Shown in pieces: positions 18,756 through 28,699 of a stretch of 32,000 bases of DNA; the first letter of the stretch is position 1; each line of letters begins with the position of its first letter. This DNA is from Promethearchaeum syntrophicum (GTDB lineage Archaea > Asgardarchaeota > Lokiarchaeia > Sigyniarchaeales > Promethearchaeaceae). Made by a program: the position numbers and the translations under genes. The stretch is from positions 2,370,001 through 2,402,000 of the forward strand of contig NZ_CP042905.2 in the NCBI RefSeq assembly GCF_008000775.2. Direction: 5' to 3'. The notes under the pieces are model-generated. The model saw only the letters and a program-made list of their open reading frames with translations, searched no databases and was not told the origin of the DNA.

Positions 18756-18945
18756 ATGAAGTATCTTAAATTAATCAATAAAAAAATCGATCATCTTTAC
18801 ATACAGTTATTAAAGGCTCATATTCAAGCATTTAACATTCGTTAAAAAAAAAACCACCCTTGTCGAAAAAAAAAGTTAATAGGGGGTTTGGTCGTTCAAA
18901 TTTGTTAACGTAAATTCTTAAGACGTTATGGTGGTGACGGAAAGG

Positions 18946-20253
18946 TTATTTCTTTTTCTTTGTTAATCCAAATAAAAGACCACCTAGAATTAATCCCACC
19001 AATGCGCTACCCCCCATAAGAATGTAATGGGAGAGATCCAAATTTTTTACTAAATCTGATAAATTGCTCAGAACTGTACCAGGGACCACATCGATTTTAT
19101 ATACAATGAACATTCCATCATTAGTTAAGATCGATACTACGGTTCCATCATCAGAAATTTGCACTAAAGATATTTCTGAACTATATGTATTATGATTCAT
19201 AATTGAACGGCCTACTTCTGCATCAATTATCATCACCATTCCATCATATATCCCAGCGACTGCAATTTTTCCATCAAGAGAAATTTTTGTAGCTCTAACT
19301 TGCGAGGTAGTAGCTATTTCCCAAGTAAGGTCTTTTGCATTACGGGCATAACATCTCACCCTTTTATCCGAAGCGTCCGCAGTATAGGAACCAATAATAA
19401 TCTTATCACCTGATTCTGTCATCGAGAAACCTTTATAAGCAGCTTCAATAATCGAATTCCATAAAATATTTCCGCTCAAAGTATCCCAAACTGTTACATT
19501 ATCTCCAAATGGGCCTACATCTAAACCACTTGTAACCATTGTCGATCCGTCATCACTTATTTCAAGGGTTGCCACAGATGAAGATAATCCTTGTTTTTTC
19601 CATAATTGATCTCCAGTATAGCCATCTAAACACAATACTGTTCCATTTGCAAACCCCAAACCCAATGTGGATCCATTTCTATTGAAATTAGCTATATTTG
19701 GATAATCGAATATTGATTTTCGCCACATCTCATTTCCATTGGTCCCATTTATACCAATTAAATTATATGCTAATTCACTACTGACATATATTGCGAGAAA
19801 AAAAACTCCTCCATCTGCGCACATTAATGCTTTATTGACACTATTTATTCCATAATCAAAAGCCCACAAATCATCAGTCCCTGTTTTGCCATAGCAATAA
19901 TATTTATTTACATCCGCATCAACAAATGAGATTTTTGAACCATCCTCATTGATATCTACATAGTATGACAAAACATGAGATGTCAAATTCCAAATGATTT
20001 CAGATTCGCCATCAAAACTTTCAGGAACAGAATAAAGAATAACATTATCTACAGTATCTGCCACAACATATTTTCCATCTTTCGACATTTTCATATTATT
20101 TCCAAAAGTGTTATCACTAAAATCTGTCATCATAACAATCGACACTTCAGGCGGTACATAATCTTCTGTTTCAGCATTTGCTGAAGCAATATATGAGGAA
20201 ACCATTAACATTGTTAAGAGAATCCCCATCATCATTAAGTTTACTTTTTTCAT
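18946..20253 (-). CDS. Secreted or surface-anchored WD40/PQQ-like beta-propeller protein with C-terminal TM and KKKK stop-transfer
   Basis: Signal peptide; repeated blades (GNEMWRKSIF, GDQLWKKQGLSSSVATLEISDDGSTMV, GNILWNSIIEAAYKGFSMTESGDKIIIG, TWEIATTSQVRATKISLDGKIAVAGIYDG); C-terminal YILMGGSALVGLILGGLLFGLTKKKK. Confidence 0.82.
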   Translation of the reverse strand: MKKVNLMMMGILLTMLMVSSYIASANAETEDYVPPEVSIVMMTDFSDNTFGNNMKMSKDGKYVVADTVDNVILYSVPESFDGESEIIWNLTSHVLSYYVDINEDGSKISFVDADVNKYYCYGKTGTDDLWAFDYGINSVNKALMCADGGVFFLAIYVSSELAYNLIGINGTNGNEMWRKSIFDYPNIANFNRNGSTLGLGFANGTVLCLDGYTGDQLWKKQGLSSSVATLEISDDGSTMVTSGLDVGPFGDNVTVWDTLSGNILWNSIIEAAYKGFSMTESGDKIIIGSYTADASDKRVRCYARNAKDLTWEIATTSQVRATKISLDGKIAVAGIYDGMVMIIDAEVGRSIMNHNTYSSEISLVQISDDGTVVSILTNDGMFIVYKIDVVPGTVLSNLSDLVKNLDLSHYILMGGSALVGLILGGLLFGLTKKKK

Positions 20254-20367
20254 TACAAAATACCTCGATTTTTTATTACTACTATCTTTGTATTTAGCTA
20301 AATAAATGTTCCTCTTGTAGAATTTGAATAAAATATCGATAAGTCATAGTTAAATTACCAATCATCA

Positions 20368-20616
20368 ATGGAAAATCTATTTCATAGAATGAAATTAAAT
20401 GTGATAAATTTATCAAAAATAGCCAATAGCTTTGAAACTCAAGTATCTGTAAAAGTTTACGCAAATAAATTTCCAATCACTGTATCGGGAATTAAAGGAA
20501 GAAGAAATTTCATCTATGGAATATTATTAGAAAGTATAATTATGTTACATGATAATCCTGGTGTTAATATTAAAGATCAAGTTATTTTAACATTGAAAAA
20601 AATCGTTAAAAAATAA
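20368..20616 (+). pseudogene. Fragment resembling the C-terminus of the 18183..18755 TetR regulator; no HTH
   Basis: FIYGILLESIIMLHDNPGVNIKDQVILTLKKIVKK* aligns without gaps to FIYGVILESMIMIHDDPAINILDQVIKTVRKILKK* of the neighbouring TetR protein. Confidence 0.7.
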
Positions 20617-20677
20617 GTTACCTTTCATTTGATTAGATTCATAATTCTAGCAACATTGATTATTTTGGAATAAAGCA

Positions 20678-22342
20678 ATGAGACCGAACCAATATCAAAA
20701 ACAACCTAATTTTAAGAAAATTGTAAATTCAAATGATCCATCCCAAAACAAAAATATAAAAAATCAAATTCGTGACCTCCAACCGGGAGATTACTATAAA
20801 GGAACGGTCAAAATTCTACGAAAGGTTAAACCTGGGCCTCTAATTTTATCTGTTTTTGATGGATCAGGAAAAATTGACGCCATTGCTCGAGATAGTTTAT
20901 TCAATGAGATGAAAAGAAATACTACTGGTATTACAACTTATGATTTTGGTAATATTAAAATAAAAGATAATCGAAAAAAGAAAAAAACATCCCAATCTTC
21001 TAATAACTTAAAATCAATTACCGAAGATGATATTCACGTTGATGATGTCTTTGAAATTCAGGGAAAAATTGGCGTTCATAGAGATAAATTGGAAATTGAG
21101 TTAGATTCTTTGAAAGAAGCGACTATGGATTTTAATGCGCTGATAAATAACCAATCGGAACCGTTAAGAAATACTTTTAGCATCAAATCCGAACGATATG
21201 AAGCCATGAAACCTGTTTTCCTACGCATTGCTCAACGAATACGACATGCAATCATTGATGATCAACCCATAGTAATTCGCCATCATAATGATGCTGATGG
21301 TATATGTGCAGGTTTAGCTGTCGAACAAGCTGTTTTGAATGTTATGGAACGCCGAGAACTTCCATCGAAGAATCGAATTTATCGGAGTCCGAATATTACT
21401 CCATTTTTTGATCAAATTGATCTTTTTCGAGATATAAGCAAATTTACAAGATATTCTAAACAATTTGGTGATAAATCCCCTCTACTTTTATTATTGGATA
21501 CTGGATCAACACCCGAAAATCATTTTGCATTACAAGTATTACAATCTTTCAAGTTTGAATGTATAATAGTTGATCATCATAATCCAGGAACTATTAAGAA
21601 TGGAAAAAGTGTGGTTTGTGATTTGATCGAATTCCATCTCAACCCATATCTATTTGGATATGATAGTCAAACATGTGGTGGGATGCTTTGTTACGAACTT
21701 TCTCGATTTATTGATGAAGAATACGATCAGCCAATATATCCCGCCGTTGCTGCCCTTGGTGATAGGTGTGATATTCCTGAGGTGGATTTGCTGATTGCCC
21801 AATCCCAAAAGAACAGAGAAGAATTATTTCAAATGGCTATCGTCTTAGATTATTTGGCTTTCCAATATAAATTTGATCCAGGCGAAGGCGTATATGAGAA
21901 AGTTTTCACCAACTCAGATATTTTAAATATCATTGGAACCAAAGTAAAATCTTTATTTGCAACCAAATTGGAGAGTATGTTGCCCCACATCAAAAGTGAA
22001 GATATAAATGGTATATGTTTTACTATCATTGAATTAGAAAAATTCACACAGCGTGGAAAATATCCGACCTCTGGAAAAGTGCTAGGAATAGTCCATGATT
22101 ACATCTTATCTCAGAATGATGCTCAACCAGTTTTCACCGTTGGGTATTTTGAAGATGGTATCATTATTCGTGCTTCTCAACCAATTCTTCCTGTTCCTAT
22201 ATTATTAGAGAAAATGGAGCGAAAACTTCCAAATGCAAATGTTGAGGGTGGAGGGCATGAACAAGCGGGATCCATCAAATTTATATCTGTTTTTGGAGAA
22301 GATGTGTTAAATTTTATCAAAACTCAATTACAGAAAATTTAA
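20678..22342 (+). CDS. DHH-superfamily (RecJ-like) phosphoesterase with N-terminal OB/S1-like segments
   Basis: IVIRHHNDADGICAGLAVE, LLLLLDTGSTPEN, CIIVDHHNPG, VAALGDRCDI and C-terminal GGGHEQAGSIKF motifs. Confidence 0.88.
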   Translation: MRPNQYQKQPNFKKIVNSNDPSQNKNIKNQIRDLQPGDYYKGTVKILRKVKPGPLILSVFDGSGKIDAIARDSLFNEMKRNTTGITTYDFGNIKIKDNRKKKKTSQSSNNLKSITEDDIHVDDVFEIQGKIGVHRDKLEIELDSLKEATMDFNALINNQSEPLRNTFSIKSERYEAMKPVFLRIAQRIRHAIIDDQPIVIRHHNDADGICAGLAVEQAVLNVMERRELPSKNRIYRSPNITPFFDQIDLFRDISKFTRYSKQFGDKSPLLLLLDTGSTPENHFALQVLQSFKFECIIVDHHNPGTIKNGKSVVCDLIEFHLNPYLFGYDSQTCGGMLCYELSRFIDEEYDQPIYPAVAALGDRCDIPEVDLLIAQSQKNREELFQMAIVLDYLAFQYKFDPGEGVYEKVFTNSDILNIIGTKVKSLFATKLESMLPHIKSEDINGICFTIIELEKFTQRGKYPTSGKVLGIVHDYILSQNDAQPVFTVGYFEDGIIIRASQPILPVPILLEKMERKLPNANVEGGGHEQAGSIKFISVFGEDVLNFIKTQLQKI

Positions 22343-22498
22343 ATCATATTTTTCATACAATTTATTTTTTTAATTATATTTCTTGAAAAATTATTGAAAT
22401 ATTACAAAAATATTCGTTAAAATCATAATAAAAGTTCCTCATAAACAGAAATTATTAATTTTTATCAATAAATATTAAAAAACTACTTGTATATCTTT

Positions 22499-22638
22499 CG
22501 CGACATTTATATCTAAATTCTTTATTTTTGTCGTGTTTTTAAGGGATTTTGATAAGATTTTTACATTTTGGTGCTTAAATATAAAGTTTTTAAATGTAAT
22601 ATTAAGGAAATGCAGAAAATTTGTACTATCCCCTTAGA
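22499..22638. other. Possible structured intergenic element (three potential stem pairings)
   Basis: CGCGACA (22499-22505)/TGTCGTG (22529-22535) with one G-T; TAAGGGAT (22540-22547)/ATCCCCTTA (22628-22636) with one bulge; TTACATTT (22561-22568)/AAATGTAA (22592-22599). Confidence 0.25.
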
Positions 22639-22714
22639 AAGTTTCTAATAATACAATATTAATAGAAATTAAATACTTAATTTTAATGTATATTTTACAA
22701 CTCTCGGGATTAAT

Positions 22715-23221
22715 ATGACATTAGATGAAGCATTTTTAAAAATAAGGGCAAATATTGGTGACTCTGTTGCTCAGAATTATTTTACTAAGCAAATTCAAAA
22801 AAATATTGAAAAAAGTAAAGAGCTAGGTATAAAAATCGATACACTAAGTATGTCTTTGCAGATGGAATTCTCCCGTATTCAAGGAACAATGCTCCATCAA
22901 TTGAAAACTAAATCAACAGGTAGATCTTTAAAAGATATAATTATGAATGGCTTAGATACAATTTTAGAAATTTACGGGCAAGATGAATTTTATAAAGATT
23001 TTCTTATGGAATTATTAGGTGAACTGATCGAATGTTTAACCTCGAAAGCCATCCAATCTTATCTCTTAATAAAAGAATTGAATCTTATTCATGATTATAA
23101 TCAGATTGTAAGTTCAATACAAGATTTAGAATATCAAGATGTAATACGTATTTTAAAGATTCTCATTATATCTTCCACAATAAGAAGACATGAGAGAAGG
23201 ACTTTTATTAGAGGTTGTTAG
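22715..23221 (+). CDS. Hypothetical alpha-helical protein
   Basis: 168-aa ORF with regular amphipathic composition; no motif recognised. Confidence 0.6.
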   Translation: MTLDEAFLKIRANIGDSVAQNYFTKQIQKNIEKSKELGIKIDTLSMSLQMEFSRIQGTMLHQLKTKSTGRSLKDIIMNGLDTILEIYGQDEFYKDFLMELLGELIECLTSKAIQSYLLIKELNLIHDYNQIVSSIQDLEYQDVIRILKILIISSTIRRHERRTFIRGC

Positions 23222-23296
23222 ATTAAAAAATAAAATGCTGCATCATATTACATTAAATTGATTATATTTTTTGCTCTTTAATCTCATCAATACAAA

Positions 23297-24601
23297 TTAT
23301 GAAATGATAGACCTTTCTTCTGAAAACTTCTTATATTCTTGATTATCAATAATTTGCTTTACTAATTGCACTACTAGCCAAATTTCTTCATATGTATTAT
23401 ATAAGGCAATAGGGGCAATACGAATAACATTGGGAGGTCGAAAATCTGGAATAACATTATGACTAAGTAAGGCTTTATTTATTTTATAAGAATCCTTTGT
23501 CCTCCCTAAAGCGATATGACCACTCCGTCGATTAGGATTTCTAGGTGTGTCGATTGTGAAATTATATGGTTCTTTTCCAAGATAATAATCCACTAGAAAT
23601 ATCAAATAACTGGTTAATTGAAGCGATTTTTTTCGAATTTCTTCAATTCCAGCTTCTTTAATTATTTGTAGAGATCCTTCAACTCCTCCAGCCCCAATTA
23701 TTCCAGGAGATGATATTTGCCAACCCCCTGCATGATGTGCTTGTTGAAATTTAATGGACATATCAAATTGCTTCTCCTTAACATATCCAAACCATCCCTT
23801 AAGTTTATTTTGAAGATTAAAATGACGTTCATTTATATATAGGAATGCGGATGATCCTGGACCGCTATTTAGATATTTATAACTGCACCAAAAAGCAAAA
23901 TCAACATCCCATTTATCAAAATGATGAGGAACCGCCCCTATTGAATGACAACAATCAAATCCAATTAAAATATTCCGTTTGTGTGCTTCCTGGGTCAGAA
24001 ATTCCATGTCTAATAGTTGACCACTTCGATAAAGAACTGAAGGTAAAATGATTAAGCATATTTCATCTGTCATCAGTTCGACAATTAGATTTTCATCCAA
24101 AGTTTTTCCATTAGAACTAGGCACTAAAACTAGATTTTTCTCAGGATTTAATCCTTTTAGTTGAATTTGACCTTCGATTGCATAAAGATCATTTGGGAAA
24201 TTTAATTCATCTGCTAATATTTTAGTACAATTTCCGTATGGATTATAAAAGGTACTAACCAAAGAATGAAGATTTACTGTTGTAGTTCCAGTCATTATTA
24301 CTTCAGAAGGTTTGGCTCCAATAATCGGTGCAATATTTTCACCCATTTTTTCACTTATATAAAACCAAGGGATTTTTCCAGTTAACCATCCATTAATTCC
24401 TAGTGTTTTCCATTCATATATTATCCGTTCGATGGATTTTTCTGAATCTTTTGATAATAATCCTAATGAATTACCATCTAAATAAATCGAATCTTTAGGA
24501 ATATAGAACCGATCTCTAAATTTATTCAAAGGATCATCTCTATCCAATTTTTGAGCAAAAACCTTGGAAGGTTCAAAATTATACTCATAGCTATTAGTCA
24601 T
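23297..24601 (-). CDS. kynU: Kynureninase
   Basis: Characteristic IYLDGNSLGLL, GWLTGKIPWF, FDCCHSIGAVPHHFDKWDVDFAFWCSYKYLNSGPGS (PLP Lys), and C-terminal DFRPPNVIRIAPIALYNTYEEIW. Confidence 0.95.
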   Translation of the reverse strand: MTNSYEYNFEPSKVFAQKLDRDDPLNKFRDRFYIPKDSIYLDGNSLGLLSKDSEKSIERIIYEWKTLGINGWLTGKIPWFYISEKMGENIAPIIGAKPSEVIMTGTTTVNLHSLVSTFYNPYGNCTKILADELNFPNDLYAIEGQIQLKGLNPEKNLVLVPSSNGKTLDENLIVELMTDEICLIILPSVLYRSGQLLDMEFLTQEAHKRNILIGFDCCHSIGAVPHHFDKWDVDFAFWCSYKYLNSGPGSSAFLYINERHFNLQNKLKGWFGYVKEKQFDMSIKFQQAHHAGGWQISSPGIIGAGGVEGSLQIIKEAGIEEIRKKSLQLTSYLIFLVDYYLGKEPYNFTIDTPRNPNRRSGHIALGRTKDSYKINKALLSHNVIPDFRPPNVIRIAPIALYNTYEEIWLVVQLVKQIIDNQEYKKFSEERSIIS

Positions 24602-24809
24602 TATGTTAAATAAAATGAGGGTCTATAAAAATCTGCATTAATCGGAAATAAGTTCATGGAATTAATCCATAATAAGATTTGAAAAATAATCGGCTGTGTT
24701 CCATTGAATATTTGTTAAAATTAATGTTCTTTTTTGAAATTATCAAAATGGGATTCTTTAAATATATGAATTATATCTAATTTAATTAAAAAAATAGGAG
24801 GTTGCTGGA

Positions 24810-25076
24810 TTGAATGAAAAAAAGTCCATGCTGGATTGGATGAAAAGAAATGAAAAAAAATTCAATGTCCCTAACAAATCGGAAAATAAAACTGATAAAA
24901 GTCGCTTCCATGCTATGAAAACAAAAAAAAAAGAAGAGTATATAGAGAAAATTCCGCAGAAATCACTTGATATTTTTACTAAAGAAGAAGAACAACCCTC
25001 ATTTTATGATGAAGACTTTAATTCTGACGATTTCAAACAAATGACAAAGAAATGGACAGATAAAAATTTAGATTAA
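24810..25076 (+). CDS. Small highly charged hypothetical protein (TTG start behind AGGAGGT)
   Basis: 88-aa ORF with a strong purine-rich ribosome-binding site just upstream (AGGAGGTTGCTGGA-TTG). Confidence 0.5.
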   Translation: MNEKKSMLDWMKRNEKKFNVPNKSENKTDKSRFHAMKTKKKEEYIEKIPQKSLDIFTKEEEQPSFYDEDFNSDDFKQMTKKWTDKNLD

Positions 25077-25126
25077 AATACATTATTGGAAAATTAAATC
25101 TCAAAAGTCAAAATTAATAAAAAAAA

Positions 25127-27199
25127 TCAGAATTCAATCGAAATCCAGTAAACTGGATGATCGGTTTGGGATTCTGGGCTCGAAATATAATGTGCTTCAT
25201 TAATTATAAACTCAGGAGAAACAAAAATATGGTCAATTCTCCTTGTTCGATTAACATCATTTTCATCGAAATGATCTGGGTATAGAGAGAGAAAAGAATC
25301 TACTAATAATGCAGTCGAAGCATTATAATAAGTTGAATTTTCTCTAGAATTAAAATCTCCTAGTGAAATAACATTACTAAGACCCTCAATTCGAGACATC
25401 AAAGTTTGGATATGGGTTAATTTGGCCTCAGCAGAACCATCAGGATGTGAATTAAACACATTAAAGATATTTTCACCTACTGTTATTTGGGCTTGAACTG
25501 TACCAATTTCATCTTCATCAGAATATGTGAAAATCGAGATTGCATTTGAAATGGGATACCTTGATAAAATGGCTGCACCATAAGTACCTGTTACTTTCTT
25601 AGGCCCATAATATGAATAGTAGTTAAGTTTATCTGCAAAAAATCTTACTACATCTGAGTTTCCCCCTCCTATTTTAGCAGAATCTGATTCTTGAAGTGCT
25701 ATTATGTCAGGGTTAATTTCTTGTATTAATCGTAATTGAGATTCATAGTTTTTATCTCCTGATTCATTAACTCCCATTTGAACATTGAATGTCATTATTT
25801 TTAAAGAATTAACACCTTGACCTGTTAAAGTTTCAGGGGTTGAGGTCGTAATAATCCCTCCTAAAATCGTTCCAATTAAGATAAAACATATGAAAATTGT
25901 AGCAGATAAATTTTTTTTAGGAAAACCTTGGAATTTTTTCAACTGAATTGAGCTTTTCTTAATCAATAAAGTAGAAATAAATAATCCAATCCCAATTAGA
26001 AGAAATGGAAGCCAAAAGAGATTTCTAAATACTAAACTAATTGCCCCAACATAACCCCAAATATTAGTAAATATTATGATAAATGCCATAATGATAATAA
26101 CAAATCCTCCGAGAGTAAATCCTAATGAAATTTGTCGTTTTAAAGGATTAATATTTATCAATTCACGAGTAAGCAGCATAAAATTAATAAAAATAATTGG
26201 AGATAATAAAAGCATTACATATAATGGTATTTGTTGGTACCAATATGGTGCTGCTACTATTATAGCGGGTGAACTTGGAGTTTCTGGGAATTTAATTGTA
26301 TGTACGAATATCGTAAGGACTAGACTTAGGGAGAAAAGGAAATTCCATAACCAAATCATCCAATTTTTTAATGATCCAAACCATTGGGGTTTAAATAGAG
26401 TAATTAATGCATAGATTGAAATCATTATCGTAAGAATGATAATAATTGCTAGATAGTTTCCTTGAGTCCATCGAGATATAACTGTAGGACCTTCAAATGC
26501 AAAATATATTAAAAGAAAAGTATTAATAATCCCAATTATCAATAGAAAAACTTTAATTCCTTTTTTAAAATTGCCGTTGGTATTCTTATTTATAGGAAGT
26601 TCATCGTCTACTTCTTTATTTTGATTTGTTTCATCTTGGTGATTAGATTCGTTTAATTTCTCAAGAGAAAGCAATGAAAATAATCCTATTATTGCTAAAA
26701 TTCCTCCAATTGATTGATACCAACTATACATTGAAATATCAATAGTATAATTAAGTGTCCTAAACAGTATTGACAATCCCGTCCCTATTGCTAAGCTTAA
26801 TCCATAATTTAACCCATTGGATTTTTTAGTGATTGAAGAACTAAAGAGCAAATAACTTGGAAAAAATATCATAAAAGCCCCTACACCGAACCCAGCTGTA
26901 ATGATTTTGCCTAAAGTAGCAACCAATGGTGTTATCAACCGGGCAACAATTAAAACAATGCCTGAAATTTTTATCAGCTTCATTGAATAATCTTTTTTTG
27001 TGAAGATTAGAAAAATCGAAGGTAATAAGAATAACAATCCTGCAGCCTTTTCATCAACTGAAGTATTAAGCAAATCAAGCATATATATTGCGGAAATGAG
27101 TTCAGTTATCATTTGTAGAAAAAACAGAAACAAAACACTTAAAAGAATCATTTCGATGTTGATTTTATCCAAAAATTTTTTTGATTGTTCCATGTTCAT
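25127..27199 (-). CDS. Polytopic membrane protein (about 12 TM) fused to a C-terminal endonuclease/exonuclease/phosphatase (EEP) domain; Cwh43/PGAP2IP-like architecture
   Basis: Many TM segments, then LKIMTFNVQMGVNESGDKNYESQLRLIQEINPDIIALQESDSAKIGGGNSDVVRFFADKLNYYSYYGPKKVTGTYGAAILSRYPI...SLGDFNSRENS...IDHIFVSPEF...TDHPVYW. Confidence 0.85.
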   Translation of the reverse strand: MNMEQSKKFLDKINIEMILLSVLFLFFLQMITELISAIYMLDLLNTSVDEKAAGLLFLLPSIFLIFTKKDYSMKLIKISGIVLIVARLITPLVATLGKIITAGFGVGAFMIFFPSYLLFSSSITKKSNGLNYGLSLAIGTGLSILFRTLNYTIDISMYSWYQSIGGILAIIGLFSLLSLEKLNESNHQDETNQNKEVDDELPINKNTNGNFKKGIKVFLLIIGIINTFLLIYFAFEGPTVISRWTQGNYLAIIIILTIMISIYALITLFKPQWFGSLKNWMIWLWNFLFSLSLVLTIFVHTIKFPETPSSPAIIVAAPYWYQQIPLYVMLLLSPIIFINFMLLTRELININPLKRQISLGFTLGGFVIIIMAFIIIFTNIWGYVGAISLVFRNLFWLPFLLIGIGLFISTLLIKKSSIQLKKFQGFPKKNLSATIFICFILIGTILGGIITTSTPETLTGQGVNSLKIMTFNVQMGVNESGDKNYESQLRLIQEINPDIIALQESDSAKIGGGNSDVVRFFADKLNYYSYYGPKKVTGTYGAAILSRYPISNAISIFTYSDEDEIGTVQAQITVGENIFNVFNSHPDGSAEAKLTHIQTLMSRIEGLSNVISLGDFNSRENSTYYNASTALLVDSFLSLYPDHFDENDVNRTRRIDHIFVSPEFIINEAHYISSPESQTDHPVYWISIEF

Positions 27200-27305
27200 G
27201 AAATCAACGTTGGATTTTAAAAATCTTTTACTATTTGTGATATAATTTTGAATTAATATTTGCTATAAATTAATAAAATAAGTGAAGATTCCCTAAATTA
27301 TAATA

Positions 27306-28532
27306 ATGAAAGTTGAACTATTACTTCCAGCTCAAAATAAAAAATCAATTATTGCAGTGAAAGAATATGCTAATGCAGTATATTTTGGAACAGAAGCCTT
27401 GAATATGCGAATCAATGCTGATAATTTCATGATAAAAGATCTCCCCGAAATTGTAGATCTATGTCATTCTTTAAATATAAAAGCATATCTCACTAGCAAC
27501 GTAATTATTTATGAAAATGAGATCGAATATTTAGAAAATCAATTAAATCTAGCTAAAGATGCTGGGATAGATGCAGTAATTGTCCATGATATGGCTGCGA
27601 TTGAAATTGCCAAAGAATTAAAATTACCCTTTCATATATCTACACAAGCCAGTGTATCCAATTCAAAAGCCGCTCAGTTTTTTGAACGACTAGGTGCGGA
27701 ACGTATTATTTTGGCGCGAGAATTATCTTTAATGAAAATTAAGGAAATCATTAAAAAATTAACAAAAACTCAAATTGAAACCTTTGTTCATGGAGCAATG
27801 TGCACAGCAATTTCTGGACGGTGCTATATTTCTGCTGAAGTACATAAAGATACTCAGTATTCTGCAAACCGTGGAAAATGTCTCCAACCTTGCAGGAATA
27901 AATGGACAATGGTTCATTCAAATGGAACAGAATTAGAATATGAAGATGGATTTTTTTTAAACTCAAAAGATTTATGCATGATTGAACATATTCCAGAATT
28001 GATTAATTCTGGTATCTCATCTTTGAAAATTGAAGGGAGAATGAGAGATCCGCATTATATTGAAACGGTAGGTCAGTGTTATCGGGAAGCGATTGATAGT
28101 TTTTATGAAGATACATATAATCATAGTAAGGTCAAAAAATGGTTAGAAAATCTAAATACTGTTTATAATAGGGGTTTTTCAACAGGCTTTTATTTTGATC
28201 GGCCAGGGGTTAACGAAATTTCACGCGATCAATCAGGAAACCTTTCAAAATATCGAAAAATTCAAGTTGGAAAGGTGATAACCTATTATCGAAATGTAAA
28301 AGCTGCAAAAATAAGCCTCCATCAAGGACAATTGCGAATTGGAGATGAGATTATTATTGAAGGGAGTAAGATGGGTAATTATATAAAACAAAAAATAAAA
28401 TCTATCCAAATAAAAACCAAAGCAGTGACGCAAACCCCAAAATTAAACCCGGGGACTTCAATTTTAATCAGTGTAGAAGTAGATTCTCCAGTAAAAAAAA
28501 ATGATTATGTTTATCAATATTTGCCAAAATAA
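27306..28532 (+). CDS. U32 peptidase family protein (tRNA/rRNA hydroxylation-type homologue)
   Basis: ETFVHGAMCTAISGRCYIS matches the U32 signature ExFxxG[SA]xCxxxxGxCxxS; NRGKCLQPCRNKW; LKIEGRMRDPHYIETV. Confidence 0.93.
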   Translation: MKVELLLPAQNKKSIIAVKEYANAVYFGTEALNMRINADNFMIKDLPEIVDLCHSLNIKAYLTSNVIIYENEIEYLENQLNLAKDAGIDAVIVHDMAAIEIAKELKLPFHISTQASVSNSKAAQFFERLGAERIILARELSLMKIKEIIKKLTKTQIETFVHGAMCTAISGRCYISAEVHKDTQYSANRGKCLQPCRNKWTMVHSNGTELEYEDGFFLNSKDLCMIEHIPELINSGISSLKIEGRMRDPHYIETVGQCYREAIDSFYEDTYNHSKVKKWLENLNTVYNRGFSTGFYFDRPGVNEISRDQSGNLSKYRKIQVGKVITYYRNVKAAKISLHQGQLRIGDEIIIEGSKMGNYIKQKIKSIQIKTKAVTQTPKLNPGTSILISVEVDSPVKKNDYVYQYLPK

Positions 28533-28699
28533 TTATGATCCATTACGTAGATAATTGATATTCTATTAATCGGGCTTCTAAACCATGAAAATATATTTTT
28601 ATAGTAAACTAAATATTCGATGTTCCATTAGAAAAATTAGTTAAAGAATAAGAAACATCAGAAAAATGCTTTTTTACTTCTTATAGCAGGTATTACTAA

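Noticed and set aside
18850-18893. Possible terminator hairpin AACCACCC...GGGGGTTTGG between the convergent TetR and propeller genes
   Set aside because: The arms pair for only three consecutive G-C pairs before mismatching; not a convincing stem.
19975-24051. ORFs 19975..20184, 20294..20476, 21850..22047 and 23845..24051
   Set aside because: They overlap supported genes or the TetR fragment on the opposite strand, with no homology-like features.
25127-27245. ORFs 26076..26414 and 27000..27245
   Set aside because: Antisense to the TM/EEP gene, whose frame is well supported.
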